Made by a program: the position numbers and the translations under genes. Positions 49,255 through 59,329 of a DNA stretch of 64,000 bases are shown in pieces. Below the pieces are notes generated by a model. That model searched no databases and was not told the origin of the DNA. It worked only from the letters and a program-made list of their open reading frames with translations. The stretch lies in NCBI RefSeq assembly GCF_002854065.1, contig NZ_CP024147.1; one strand, written 5' to 3'. The DNA is from Escherichia coli. GTDB taxonomy: Bacteria; Pseudomonadota; Gammaproteobacteria; Enterobacterales; Enterobacteriaceae. How positions within the stretch are numbered: the stretch's first letter is position 1; every line of letters starts with the position of its first letter.

Positions 49255-50311
49255 GGCTTTGTTGAATAAATCGAACTTTTGCTGAGTTGAAGGATCAGAT
49301 CACGCATCTTCCCGACAACGCAGACCGTTCCGTGGCAAAGCAAAAGTTCAAAATCACCAACTGGCCCACCTACAATAAAGCCCTCATCAACCGTGGCTCC
49401 ATAACTTTCTGGCTGGATGATGAAGCTATTCAGGCCTGGTATGAGTCAGCAACACCTTCTTCACGAGGCAGACCTCAGCGCTATTCTGACCTTGCCATCA
49501 CGACTGTGCTGGTCATTAAACGCGTATTCAGGCTGACCCTGCGCGCTGCGCAGGGCTTTATTGATTCCATTTTTTCTCTGATGAACGTTCCGCTACGCTG
49601 CCCGGATTACAGCTGTGTCAGCAGGCGGGCAAAGTCGGTTAATGTCAGTTTCAAAACGCCCACCCGGGGTGAAATCGCACACCTGGCAATTGATTCCACC
49701 GGGCTGAAGGTCTTCGGTGAAGGCGAGTGGAAAGTCAAAAAGCATGGCCAGGAACGCCGCCGTATCTGGCGTAAGCTGCATCTCGCCGTTGACAGTAAAA
49801 CACATGAAATCATCTGTGCAGACCTGTCGCTGAACAACGTTACGGACTCAGAGGCCTTCCCCGGGTTAATCCGGCAAACCCACCGGAAAATCAGGTCAGC
49901 CGCCGCCGATGGCGCTTACGATACCCGGCTATGTCACGATGAACTGCGGCGTAAGAAAATCAGCGCGCTTATCCCTCCCCGAAAAGGTGCGGGTTACTGG
50001 CCCGGTGAATATGCAGACCGTAACCGTGCAGTGGCTAATCAGCGAATGACCGGGAGTAATGCGCGGTGGAAATGGACAACAGATTACAACCGTCGCTCGA
50101 TAGCGGAAACGGCGATGTACCGGGTAAAACAGCTGTTCGGGGGGGCACTGACGCTGCGTGACTACGATGGTCAGGTTGCGGAGGCTATGGCCCTGGTACG
50201 AGCGCTGAACAAAATGACGAAAGCAGGTATGCCTGAAAGCGTGCGTATTGCCTGAAAACACAACCCGCTACGGGGGAGACTTACCCGAAATCTGATTTAT
50301 TCAACAAAGCC
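49255..50311 (+). mobile_element. IS903-group insertion sequence (IS5 family), 1057 bp, no target-site duplication
   Basis: 18-bp terminal inverted repeats ggctttgttgaataaatc / gatttattcaacaaagcc; flanks caggagata / actctgatc differ. Confidence 0.88.
49287..50255 (+). CDS. IS903-type DDE transposase
   Basis: 322 aa, ...TNWPTYNKALINRGSITFWLDDEAIQAWYE... Confidence 0.85.
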   Translation: MKDQITHLPDNADRSVAKQKFKITNWPTYNKALINRGSITFWLDDEAIQAWYESATPSSRGRPQRYSDLAITTVLVIKRVFRLTLRAAQGFIDSIFSLMNVPLRCPDYSCVSRRAKSVNVSFKTPTRGEIAHLAIDSTGLKVFGEGEWKVKKHGQERRRIWRKLHLAVDSKTHEIICADLSLNNVTDSEAFPGLIRQTHRKIRSAAADGAYDTRLCHDELRRKKISALIPPRKGAGYWPGEYADRNRAVANQRMTGSNARWKWTTDYNRRSIAETAMYRVKQLFGGALTLRDYDGQVAEAMALVRALNKMTKAGMPESVRIA

Positions 50312-50393
50312 ACTCTGATCGCAAAATTCGCTTTATGAACTACTTTAAAAACAAAGCGGTATGTGTTAAACATAATAAAGGACTAAATTTAAT

Positions 50394-50816
50394 TTGTATT
50401 TATCATTATATAAAGGTGATCTAATGATAGCAAAGGGTTATAAGCTCCCTCATGAATTTCCTCATGAATCCTTTATACAAGAAGTTCTTGAAGATTTTTT
50501 TGAAAGCGAAGGATATTCTATAATCGAAGAAAAACCGATAGATGTAAAATGTTCAAATGCAGACAAGAATGAAACTTGGATTATTGAAGTGAAGGGGAAA
50601 ACATCACAGATTGGGCTAGATTTCAAGACATGTTTAGGTCAGATTGTAATGCGAATGAATAATCCTGATTATATATATGCTATCGCTATGCCCGATATAG
50701 AACAGTACCACAAACAGGTAAACAAAGTGTCATCTAAAATTGCTGCCAAAATTAATTTAAACTGGATTTTTGTCAGCGACAAGGGAACTATTGAAATAAT
50801 TCGTAACTGTGATTAG
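50394..50816 (+). CDS. Hypothetical protein, 140 aa (possible PD-(D/E)xK nuclease-like motif)
   Basis: Isolated ORF between IS903 and IS3; segment PIDVK...ETWIIEVKGK resembles a D...E-x-K core; weak. Confidence 0.4.
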   Translation: MYLSLYKGDLMIAKGYKLPHEFPHESFIQEVLEDFFESEGYSIIEEKPIDVKCSNADKNETWIIEVKGKTSQIGLDFKTCLGQIVMRMNNPDYIYAIAMPDIEQYHKQVNKVSSKIAAKINLNWIFVSDKGTIEIIRNCD

Positions 50817-51091
50817 ACTCATCGTATTCTCTCGACACTCACCACTCTTTTTATTCGGAATAGGTGAGTGCCATACATTATATTTTTAAAAGTAGATAAC
50901 ATGTCGTTCATATCGACTTATAATTGATTTATTCATATGTAAGACATATACCTCCGTGTTTCCTTTCAGAGCAACTGGATGATAAATGATATCGCTGTTT
51001 TCTCGACTAACCCGATAGGATGCGGTATCTGAGCAATACACACTCAACACCCCACTTGAACTGATCCTACCCACGTAATATGGACACAGGC

Positions 51092-51958
51092 CTAAGCGAG
51101 GTTCTTGTTTTCAAATTGTTCCGGACTGAGGCCGCCACACCAACTGTGCCGCCGCCACCGATTGTAATCACATTCGATATAATTAAACACCGTTGCCCGC
51201 ATTATTTCCCGGCTGATAAAGTGTTCTCCATGGATACATTCCACTTTCAGCGAATGAAAGAAGCTTTCCACGCAGGCATTATCGTAGCAGCAACCTTTTG
51301 CGCTCATACTTCCACGCAGATTATGCCGCTTCAGTTGCGCCTGATAATCTGCTGAACAGTACTGGCCTCCACGGTCCGTGTGAACGATAACGTTCCGGGG
51401 CCTCTTACGCCGCCACAGCGCCATCTGCAGGGCATCGCAGGCCAGTTGCGCCGTCATGCGTGGCGACATTGACCAGCCAATAACGGCACGTGACCACAGG
51501 TCAATGACCACTGCCAGATACAGCCAGCCTTCATCTGTACGTAAGTACGTGATGTCTCCTGCCCACTTCTGGTTCGGGCCACTGGCGTAAAAATCCTGCT
51601 CCAACAGATTTTCTGACACAGGCAGGCCGTGTGCGCGGTAGCTGACCGGGCTGAACTTCCGGGAGGCCTTTGCCCTCAGTCCCTGACGGCGCAGGCTTGC
51701 CGCCACGGTTTTTACGTTAAAGGGGTAACCCTGAGCACGCAGTTCATCCGTCAGGCGTGGGGCACCGTAACGCTGTTTTGACCGGGTAAAAGCCGCGAGG
51801 ACAACGCTGTCGCAGTGTTGGCGGAACTGCTGACGCGTGCTTATCCTTGTCCGCCGCTGACACCACGTATACCAGCCGCTGCGGGCCACCCGGAGCACGC
51901 GGCACATTGCTTTGATGCTGAACTCAGCCTGATGTTTTTCAATAAAGACATACTTCAT
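51092..51958 (-). CDS. insF: IS3 OrfB (InsF), DDE transposase
   Basis: 288 aa [38 protein letters not shown]. Confidence 0.88.
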
Positions 51959-52254
51959 TTCAGGCGCTTCGCGAAGTATGTCGCGGCCTTTTGGAGGATA
52001 GCCAGCTCTTCATCCCGTTCTGCCAGCTGGCGTTTGAGACGTGCAATCTCGGTAGACATCTCCAGTTCACGTTCAGAAGACGTCTGCTGATTTTGCTGTT
52101 TACTGCGCCAGTTGTAGAGCTGTGATTCATACAGGCTGAGTTCACGGGCTGCGGCAGTAACACCGATGCGTTCAGCAAGCTTCAGGGCTTCACTGCGAAA
52201 TTCAGGCGAATGCTGTTTACGGGGTTTTTTACTGGTTGATACTGTTTTTGTCAT
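51955..52254 (-). CDS. insE: IS3 OrfA (InsE)
   Basis: [53 protein letters not shown]. Confidence 0.88.
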
Positions 52255-52319
52255 GTGAGTCACCTCTGACTGAGAGTTTACTCACTTAGCCGCGTGTCCA
52301 CTATTGCTGGGTAAGATCA

Positions 52320-52676
52320 AACAACCGCCAGCGCCTGATTGATGATTTTCAGGCTCAGCCTGGGTTTGGGGTGATTATTCTCTCTACGGTTGCTGTCGGG
52401 TTTGGCGTTAACGTCCAGAAAGCCAATCATGTGATTCATTTTACTCGCTGCTGGAATCCAGCCAAAGAAGATCAGGCTACGGATCGGGCGTATCGCATTG
52501 GGCAAACTAAAGATGTGTATGTCTATTACCCAACTGTGAGAGATACTGAAATCACAACATTTGAAGAAACTCTGGATAACCTCCTACAACGCCGACGAGC
52601 ATTGGCCAGAGATATGCTCTGCGCTACTCCCGATTTGAACTGTGGGGATTTTGAGACCATTTTGAAGGGAGCCTAA
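52320..52676 (+). pseudogene. C-terminal fragment of an SNF2/superfamily-2 helicase, split by IS3 and lacking its N-terminal domains
   Basis: ...IDDFQAQPGFGVIILSTVAVGFGVNVQKANHVIHFTRCWNPAKEDQATDRAYRIGQTKDVYVY (helicase motifs V-VI); in-frame upstream continuation across the IS3 duplication hits a stop at 51008. Confidence 0.6.
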
Positions 52677-53237
52677 CCGATATGAGCGGCAATACTACCA
52701 GTTGCCAAACCTGAAATAACACTTAGCTGTGATGATTCGCTATTACCTATCGATAGCTTCGGAAAACATAAATTAAAAATGCCCAGAGGAGTACTATTAT
52801 CGTTAGCATTACCCGAACGCCGTATTAACGGTTATTTATTGGTAAGTGCTACGTTCCATGGCAAGAGTTCATCAACAGGTTGGAAGGCCATTCCGGCAAA
52901 ACTCTCAGTATATGGCGCAGATACCATTCAGACAGCAGGTCCCGCTCAGCCCGTACAGTAGAGCGCCGTTCACTACCGTAATCGCTACCGAAGAACACAT
53001 TGATTGCCCCTCAATAATCCTGCTGTTAACATCAAAATTGTTGGTCGGGCTCGATTTATTTAATTGTGTAAACAGGGTCTCTCAGAGAAAGGCCCTTATG
53101 CATCACCTGACGTTAAAAGTCACTACACCCAAGATGACGTTCAAAGTGTCATAGTCCCCTGCGCTGAGGACAAAGCCACACGTTAACAACAAATCCACGC
53201 GATAACTTACGATGGTTCGGGCATAAGCCCCCATAAT

Positions 53238-53801
53238 TCAGTTATGTCGTGGTCGGCCGCGGTTACTTTTTTCGGGAAGCCTGCTACGGCCCAGAATAAT
53301 ACCGTGTTCTTTCTGATCCTGTTTAGCCAGGTAGCTGAGGGCGTAACGTAAGTCGTCTACCGCAGACTTATCACTATAGTGAATCACGTGATCGATACGC
53401 ACCGGGTATTTATCTTTAGCCCGGCACAGGTGAAAATAACCATCCCCTTCCGTGATCCGCCTCCAGATATCTCCCAGTTGCCTGGATATCTGATAAGAGT
53501 TCTTATGACGTTGCCCATCTAGGTAACCGATAAAATGAATATGAAGTCCCTTGTTTTGTGTATATTCCATTACCCAGTAATATCCCGCCAACATCGATTG
53601 GGTTTCGCTAAGTAAACGGTATATTTCCATACACATACTGTGCTTACAGGAATGCCCGAAACTGGGCGTGTCTTTCCTGTAGGCAAAATCAATTCTGAAA
53701 GGTAACAGTTTAGAAAAACGTTGAAACATACCGTCCATGTGTTCATTCACATCTTTCAGAATCGCGAAATTCATTTCGTAATTGGGATTGGCATTATACA
53801 T
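53238..53801 (-). CDS. YagK/YfjJ-family protein (inovirus Gp2-like, putative replication initiation)
   Basis: 187 aa, MYNANPNYEMNFAILKDVNEHMDGMFQRFSKLLPFRIDFAYRKD; family from memory. Confidence 0.55.
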   Translation of the reverse strand: MYNANPNYEMNFAILKDVNEHMDGMFQRFSKLLPFRIDFAYRKDTPSFGHSCKHSMCMEIYRLLSETQSMLAGYYWVMEYTQNKGLHIHFIGYLDGQRHKNSYQISRQLGDIWRRITEGDGYFHLCRAKDKYPVRIDHVIHYSDKSAVDDLRYALSYLAKQDQKEHGIILGRSRLPEKSNRGRPRHN

Positions 53802-54676
53802 TTTATAGTCCTTACTTTATAAAACTCACAGGAAGGTGGAATTACATAAATACTGAGAGTACAGAAACGCCGTACCACTGCATTAATAAACTGGGTAACC
53901 AGTATGCAGACAACCTGATAAAACTGTTTCTTATTACCTCATTACAGTAATGGGGGTAATACTTCAGAATACAGTGAGGCTCTCTTAAACAGAGGACCAG
54001 TAAGAATTACAATGGTAAAAACATACCCCATAGAATTAACTTTAAGGAAACACCATTCAATCACTTAAAGGAAGTAATCTGACATTCACAAAAGTCAGTA
54101 TCGGGTAGCTACAGGCAACACCGCTATTGATACTCCCGCACCATTAAGTAAAAACATCAACTCAGCTTAAGGCCTCTACAGATATTTAATCTCCACCATA
54201 AACAATAACGGAGCTATAACGTACGAACCAGACACACATTCAATGATTAACTTTCTCAATATTACACTATGAGAAAGTGACATAATTTAACATATAACTA
54301 AACAACATACACTACTCACTGATGTATATACATCACATACCTACAGACTAAGCAGAATGGTCAGCATAAAGAGGAGCGACAATACGATAAAAAGAGATAA
54401 AACAATATAACAGATCACATAACTCCCACTAATAATACTAATTAACCTAAATTATTTATTGAACACGAGAACAATGAGGGAACCTCCTCATCTAGGACTA
54501 AAGCCAGCAATATCCTGAGCAACACTCTATCCAATAGTAAATAATGGTTATACCAGTTATATTTGCTGACTGACCTGTACCAGAGTTCTGTAATACAACA
54601 ACGCTGACATGGTAAAGGCATTAGTCTCCTCCGCAAGTAGCAGAGGAGACTATATGTTACTCAACGATTAAGTCGT

Positions 54677-56110
54677 TCAGAGGTCAAAGTTAGGTGCGAC
54701 ATACCACGTTTTTCCCTCAATAACCGGTACAACTCTGTTTTGTTCATACAGTAAATCCAGTAACCAATTGATTTTATCCTTTTTCCGGAAACGGTTCGGA
54801 CCACGCTGTAAAATGTCATTTTTTTTCATACAGGGGATCCCCTTCTCAATGCAATAGCTTTTTATCCAGTTAAAAAGTTCAAGCTCCTCTGGAATGAGTC
54901 GCACAGGTACGGTCAGGGCAGAGTTTTCAAACGTTAACGGACTGGATAACCGAACATACTCATTACCATACCATATTGCTAATTCTCTCGCCATTTCAGC
55001 AGTGTAGGGGGAAATGTCACCTTCCTCACCGCTAAAATGGTGAATAAGTCCTGCCAGTCTTGCCATATACTCTGCATTTTTAGCAGCATATTCTCTGAAG
55101 TCTCTTAAAGGCCCCAGAACCGACATCTTCGATTCCACATCGTTGTAATAGTCCGTCCAGATTCTGGCTGCCTGAGGAGAAAAGTGAAGGCAACGCCGCT
55201 CTCCCCTCATCGCCAGGCTTTCATCAATGAGTTCATTTATCCTCTGTTCAAACAAATCCTGATACTGTGATGAATAATTATCTCCTGTTATTATCCTTGT
55301 CCCCTGCGTTGATGTTGGTTGACACATCAAAAACCTTGCATGATGTCCCGACGTTTTCACAAGTTCTTTTTTTCGTGTACAAAAACCTTTGTGGTAAACA
55401 TCAGGCTGAACCATCACCGATATCGTCAGTCTTGGTTCCTTCAAAAAAATTCCGGGAGATGATTTCCTGTCGATGAAAAGAGAACCACCATCCCACAAAG
55501 AGTTAAGTATTCCCAGTTTACTCATTGCCCGGCTGTCAAAAATTATCCCACCTTCACTGGATACAAGAGCAAAAGAGCGATTGCTATCAGAATAATATTT
55601 TAACATTCCCTCTATCGTTGTATCATTAAAAATTGTTCGATGTATCTGTGGTGGAACAGGACACTTATTCAGATGTGTTTTAAGCTCTGATTCTGTTGTC
55701 TTATAATCTTTACCGGCACGAATCTCTTTATGAAGTTTTGACTCCAGTGCTTTTTGTTTTTGCTCCCATATTTCCTTTTCTGTACTGTAATTCTCAACCA
55801 GTTTCGCGTATTCTTCCGCCAGGGCTTCATCCCTGAGATAAAATGCTTTCATAAACACTTTATCCACGGTCGTTTTCCTTTCACCAGAATCAGCCAGAAT
55901 CATAGAGTAAATATTAGAGGACCCACGTAAATTTCCTGGCCTGCACACATCAACCTGATTCTGACAGGCAATTGACATCGCTGTTAATGCTGCAGTTATC
56001 GCCATAGCTATAGGTGTCTGTGTATTCTTTTGAGTTTCAATTATTGCATTTCTCGCCAGCGGTGGCATTGCATATATCGGACAAGGATTTTCTGGTGCAA
56101 GTAAGCACAT
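54677..56110 (-). CDS. YfjI-like DUF3987 protein (putative primase/replication protein of P4/PICI-like elements)
   Basis: Start chosen at MCLLAPENPCPIY by alignment with the duplicated 5' fragment; family from memory. Confidence 0.55.
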   Translation of the reverse strand: MCLLAPENPCPIYAMPPLARNAIIETQKNTQTPIAMAITAALTAMSIACQNQVDVCRPGNLRGSSNIYSMILADSGERKTTVDKVFMKAFYLRDEALAEEYAKLVENYSTEKEIWEQKQKALESKLHKEIRAGKDYKTTESELKTHLNKCPVPPQIHRTIFNDTTIEGMLKYYSDSNRSFALVSSEGGIIFDSRAMSKLGILNSLWDGGSLFIDRKSSPGIFLKEPRLTISVMVQPDVYHKGFCTRKKELVKTSGHHARFLMCQPTSTQGTRIITGDNYSSQYQDLFEQRINELIDESLAMRGERRCLHFSPQAARIWTDYYNDVESKMSVLGPLRDFREYAAKNAEYMARLAGLIHHFSGEEGDISPYTAEMARELAIWYGNEYVRLSSPLTFENSALTVPVRLIPEELELFNWIKSYCIEKGIPCMKKNDILQRGPNRFRKKDKINWLLDLLYEQNRVVPVIEGKTWYVAPNFDL

Positions 56111-56358
56111 AAATGCCTCTCTTTTCATTAATGGGTTAGTAAAGTAGCAGCAACTCCCGCTATAATAGCGAAAATAGCTGCTGTTCAGACCTAATGTTCT
56201 GAAAAATACAGAATATCTGTAGATCTGATGTTTAATAACCGATAAGGTTAATTCAGTTCAGACTGTGTTATTTACCACGAAATATCATTCATGTTTCTCA
56301 TTCTTAACACCTCCTAAAATTATTTCACTAACACCTTCCCCCCGGTCTTTTTCCTTTC

Positions 56359-56586
56359 TCAGGAATCAGCCAGAACCATAGTGTAAATATTAACGGGCCC
56401 ACGTAAATTTCCGGAGCTGCACACGTCAATCTGATTCTGACAGGCAATTGACATCGCTGTTAATAATGATGTTGTAGTCATAGCCAGAGATGCTTTTTCA
56501 TTTTGTTGAGTTTCAATTATTGCATTTCCAGTCATTGATGGTTGCGCATATACTGGATACGGAGTATCCGGTTTGATGTAAGACAT
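56359..56586 (-). pseudogene. Duplicated 5' fragment (75 codons) of the YfjI-like gene
   Basis: MSYIKPDTPYPVYAQPSMTGNAIIETQQNEKASLAMTTTSLLTAMSIACQNQIDVC... parallels the N-terminus of the 54677-56110 gene; part of a ~330-bp segmental duplication. Confidence 0.5.
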
Positions 56587-56691
56587 AAATATTCCCTTTT
56601 TTCGTAATGACTTTCGGTTATAGCAGCTATTTCCGCTACAATAGCAACAATAGCTGCTATACAGACTGGATATACTGAAAATACAAACAGT

Positions 56692-56940
56692 TCATCTGGT
56701 CTGTATCCAGCAGAGAAGGTCACTTAACAACCATCCGCAAGATTTCTTTCCGATAGACTTACGTGGTGGAAATTTTCCCTCCCGTTCAAGTTTCCACGCT
56801 TGCGTACGAGAAACTGACGTGATCTCATATCGTTCCTTTTCACGTACCAGTCTGTCGCATTCAATCCCATAAGCTTTCAAAATGACCAGACGCTGTTCAT
56901 CTGTTAATGGAAGCCACATACTACCCTCCTGATATATCAA
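56692..56940 (-). CDS. alpA: AlpA-family phage/island transcriptional regulator (winged-helix DNA-binding)
   Basis: C-terminal ...ITSVSRTQAWKLEREGKFPPRKSIGKKSCGWLLSDLLCWIQTR resembles AlpA/Vis; true start may be the internal Met at 56919. Confidence 0.65.
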   Translation of the reverse strand: MIYQEGSMWLPLTDEQRLVILKAYGIECDRLVREKERYEITSVSRTQAWKLEREGKFPPRKSIGKKSCGWLLSDLLCWIQTR

Positions 56941-57611
56941 TACTTTTTATTTCCGGCATGAGCATGAAATGACTAAGTTTCCCGGATAAACAATGAGTGA
57001 AAGTCACTGTCATTCATCCAGCCAACACCTTGCAAATAAAATGTAATACTATGATTTTTATAGGTCAAAATACTGAATTACAATGTTAAAATGGCTTTTA
57101 ATAGAAAAAATAAAGACATATAGAGCCAAATAAAAATAAACTACGACAAATAAAAACAAAAGATTAATATTAAAAATCCATTATGACGATTTTTATTGAC
57201 TAAAATCAGGTTGGGATATATAAATAAATCCATGTAAAATTCAAACAAGGCATGGAGGAGTCGCAGGAAGGTGAAATATTTCCATCTAATTTGTGATAAT
57301 CATCACAAAAATAAGCTACAACAAGCGGAGGAAAAGACAATCTGTTGCTGAACAGACAGAAGCAGGCTACGAATGATCGGAAAATGAAGCAAATACGCTT
57401 ATACAGAAGACGCAGGGGTAACTGACGGAGACAATCACAATCAGGAGAAAATGATCGTAAATAATGTATAAAATCTCAGGATATAAACAAATGTACACAA
57501 GCTATCCACGTAATCTGCGGCTGGCTCAGGATTAACGTTTCATTTCAGTGGACGACATCGATTCTGTCTGACAGTGGGCCAATATGTGGCAAGCAGAAAA
57601 CTTCTGACATC

Positions 57612-59243
57612 ATGGTAACTCGGACAATGCAACAAAAGTATGATCGTGTTTTATCTGGCGAATCCCATCCATTCCCTGGCATATACGAGGCGGTTTCCGA
57701 ACAACTCCTTTTGCTCATCTTTAAGGCTCGTCAGCTATATCAGAATCCAGAATATCGCCCCTGGTTTGAAGAACAGCACAGAGTTCTCTCTGCATTACGT
57801 GCTAATACAGAGCTCTTGAGAATATTTAGAGAACAAAGAAACGCGGAAGAACCAGAGCTTATTATTAAAGAATCTACATTACCCCTACTCACTAATTCTA
57901 ATCTTACAGATGCGCTTAATATTATGTGCCATTTATACAATGGTTTTGATGAAGGAAATATCAGTCTGAAAACCTGGGGGGCGATGCAAGAGGTACAGAC
58001 AACATCAACCTTTATCAGCCCGGGACCGAGAACCTGGAAAACACCTGAACTGGCAAAGTTTGTAGGAGATGATTTATTTAATATTCTGACTGAATGTAAA
58101 GCCTGGAGTTCACCAATTCCAGCAGAAACCCGACAGGGCTATTGCCATCAGGATCTGTCTGTTGCACACTCCTGCACCTCAGAGTTACTGGCACACCTGA
58201 ATCAATACCATGAAATTGATGAATCAGCAATACTTGCCAGAGTTATTGGTATGACGGTTAACGGATTCTACAAGAAAAATAATACAGACCTCCCAGAATG
58301 GCTATCCCCCTTTAAAGAGGAACATAAAATATTCAGAGATTGTCTGGAGCAAAAGACCGAGGATGTAATCAGACTGAAAGAACAACTGTTGAAAACAGGA
58401 CGTTCAGAATTCGTGAATAATTTGTGTCGGGTCGCCAACTGGTATGAAATTAAGTCAATATACGATGAATATGTCCGTCTTTATGCCAATGAAATCATTG
58501 GTTGGTTCAACAAAACCATGGAATATTTTAAACCAACAGATTTTATCCGATATACATGGAAATTCGCAACAGTTACTCCAGGTAAAGAGACAGAAACCAA
58601 GCATACAACTGCATGGGAAAAGGATTATTGCCAGATAACTATACAACGTGATGAACTTCTGAGATTGATTCACACGAATACCCTTCAGGATGCAGTAATT
58701 TATCTTTGCCATTGTCTGCAGAAGAAATACAAGAAATCATCCCAAAATGAGATAGAGTTTCCAGGAATAAAACCTCCGGCATCAGAGAGTGAAATTAATA
58801 TAACAGATAGTTTTGAATTTTATTCTCTCCTGGAGCTCAGTAAAGATAATGAGAGACGGCTGGAAACATTTCAAAAATGGTATGAAAAAAATAAAGTTTT
58901 GTTAGAAAGTCATAAACAAAAACGAACAGAGAAGATTGACGTTGCCGTACGACTTGTAGGGCTGAAAGCCTATGATCTGCATGAAGGGATTCCGGATAGT
59001 CCAAAACGAAAAGTTAAAGATGGCATAAATGAAGACATCAAAGCCGATACCAGTTTACGCCTGCCAAAGACAAATATAAGTGATACGTCGCTAAACCGTT
59101 ATCGCCGCACTGTTAAGGAGATTATCAATAACGAAATCGACGCATTCCTGTTGGAACAGAAGAAAAAAAATAAAAGATTTCCCTACAGTGAAGATAGAGA
59201 TGTGATTCGACCTTTATGGGGAAAATGCCTGACCGGGCAGTAG
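57612..59243 (+). CDS. Hypothetical protein, 543 aa, no recognisable domain (candidate novel cargo gene A)
   Basis: Long uninterrupted ORF in lower-GC DNA between alpA and the terminal integrase; I could not match any motif (no Walker A, no obvious nuclease or polymerase signature). Confidence 0.6.
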   Translation: MVTRTMQQKYDRVLSGESHPFPGIYEAVSEQLLLLIFKARQLYQNPEYRPWFEEQHRVLSALRANTELLRIFREQRNAEEPELIIKESTLPLLTNSNLTDALNIMCHLYNGFDEGNISLKTWGAMQEVQTTSTFISPGPRTWKTPELAKFVGDDLFNILTECKAWSSPIPAETRQGYCHQDLSVAHSCTSELLAHLNQYHEIDESAILARVIGMTVNGFYKKNNTDLPEWLSPFKEEHKIFRDCLEQKTEDVIRLKEQLLKTGRSEFVNNLCRVANWYEIKSIYDEYVRLYANEIIGWFNKTMEYFKPTDFIRYTWKFATVTPGKETETKHTTAWEKDYCQITIQRDELLRLIHTNTLQDAVIYLCHCLQKKYKKSSQNEIEFPGIKPPASESEINITDSFEFYSLLELSKDNERRLETFQKWYEKNKVLLESHKQKRTEKIDVAVRLVGLKAYDLHEGIPDSPKRKVKDGINEDIKADTSLRLPKTNISDTSLNRYRRTVKEIINNEIDAFLLEQKKKNKRFPYSEDRDVIRPLWGKCLTGQ

Positions 59244-59329
59244 ATCACTGAGGGGATAACAGCCCGGTTATCCCCTGTTTGTTCTGCTTCAGGTTGCCAG
59301 AGCTCTAGGAACACGAGGCAATCGGCAAA

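Larger units (their letters stand above)
51062..52319 (-). mobile_element. IS3 (1258 bp) with 3-bp target-site duplication AAC
   Basis: Ends tgatcctacccacgtaatatggacac and gtggacactattgctgggtaagatca; aac at 51059-51061 and 52320-52322. Confidence 0.92.

Noticed and set aside
52779-53154. Short ORFs 52779-52961 and 52846-53154 downstream of the helicase fragment
   Set aside because: No recognisable features and overlapping frames; likely decayed sequence.
54613-54645. Inverted repeat agtctcctc...gaggagact just downstream of the YfjI-like gene as a rho-independent terminator
   Set aside because: No U-run follows the hairpin in the minus-strand transcript, so it is not convincing as an intrinsic terminator.
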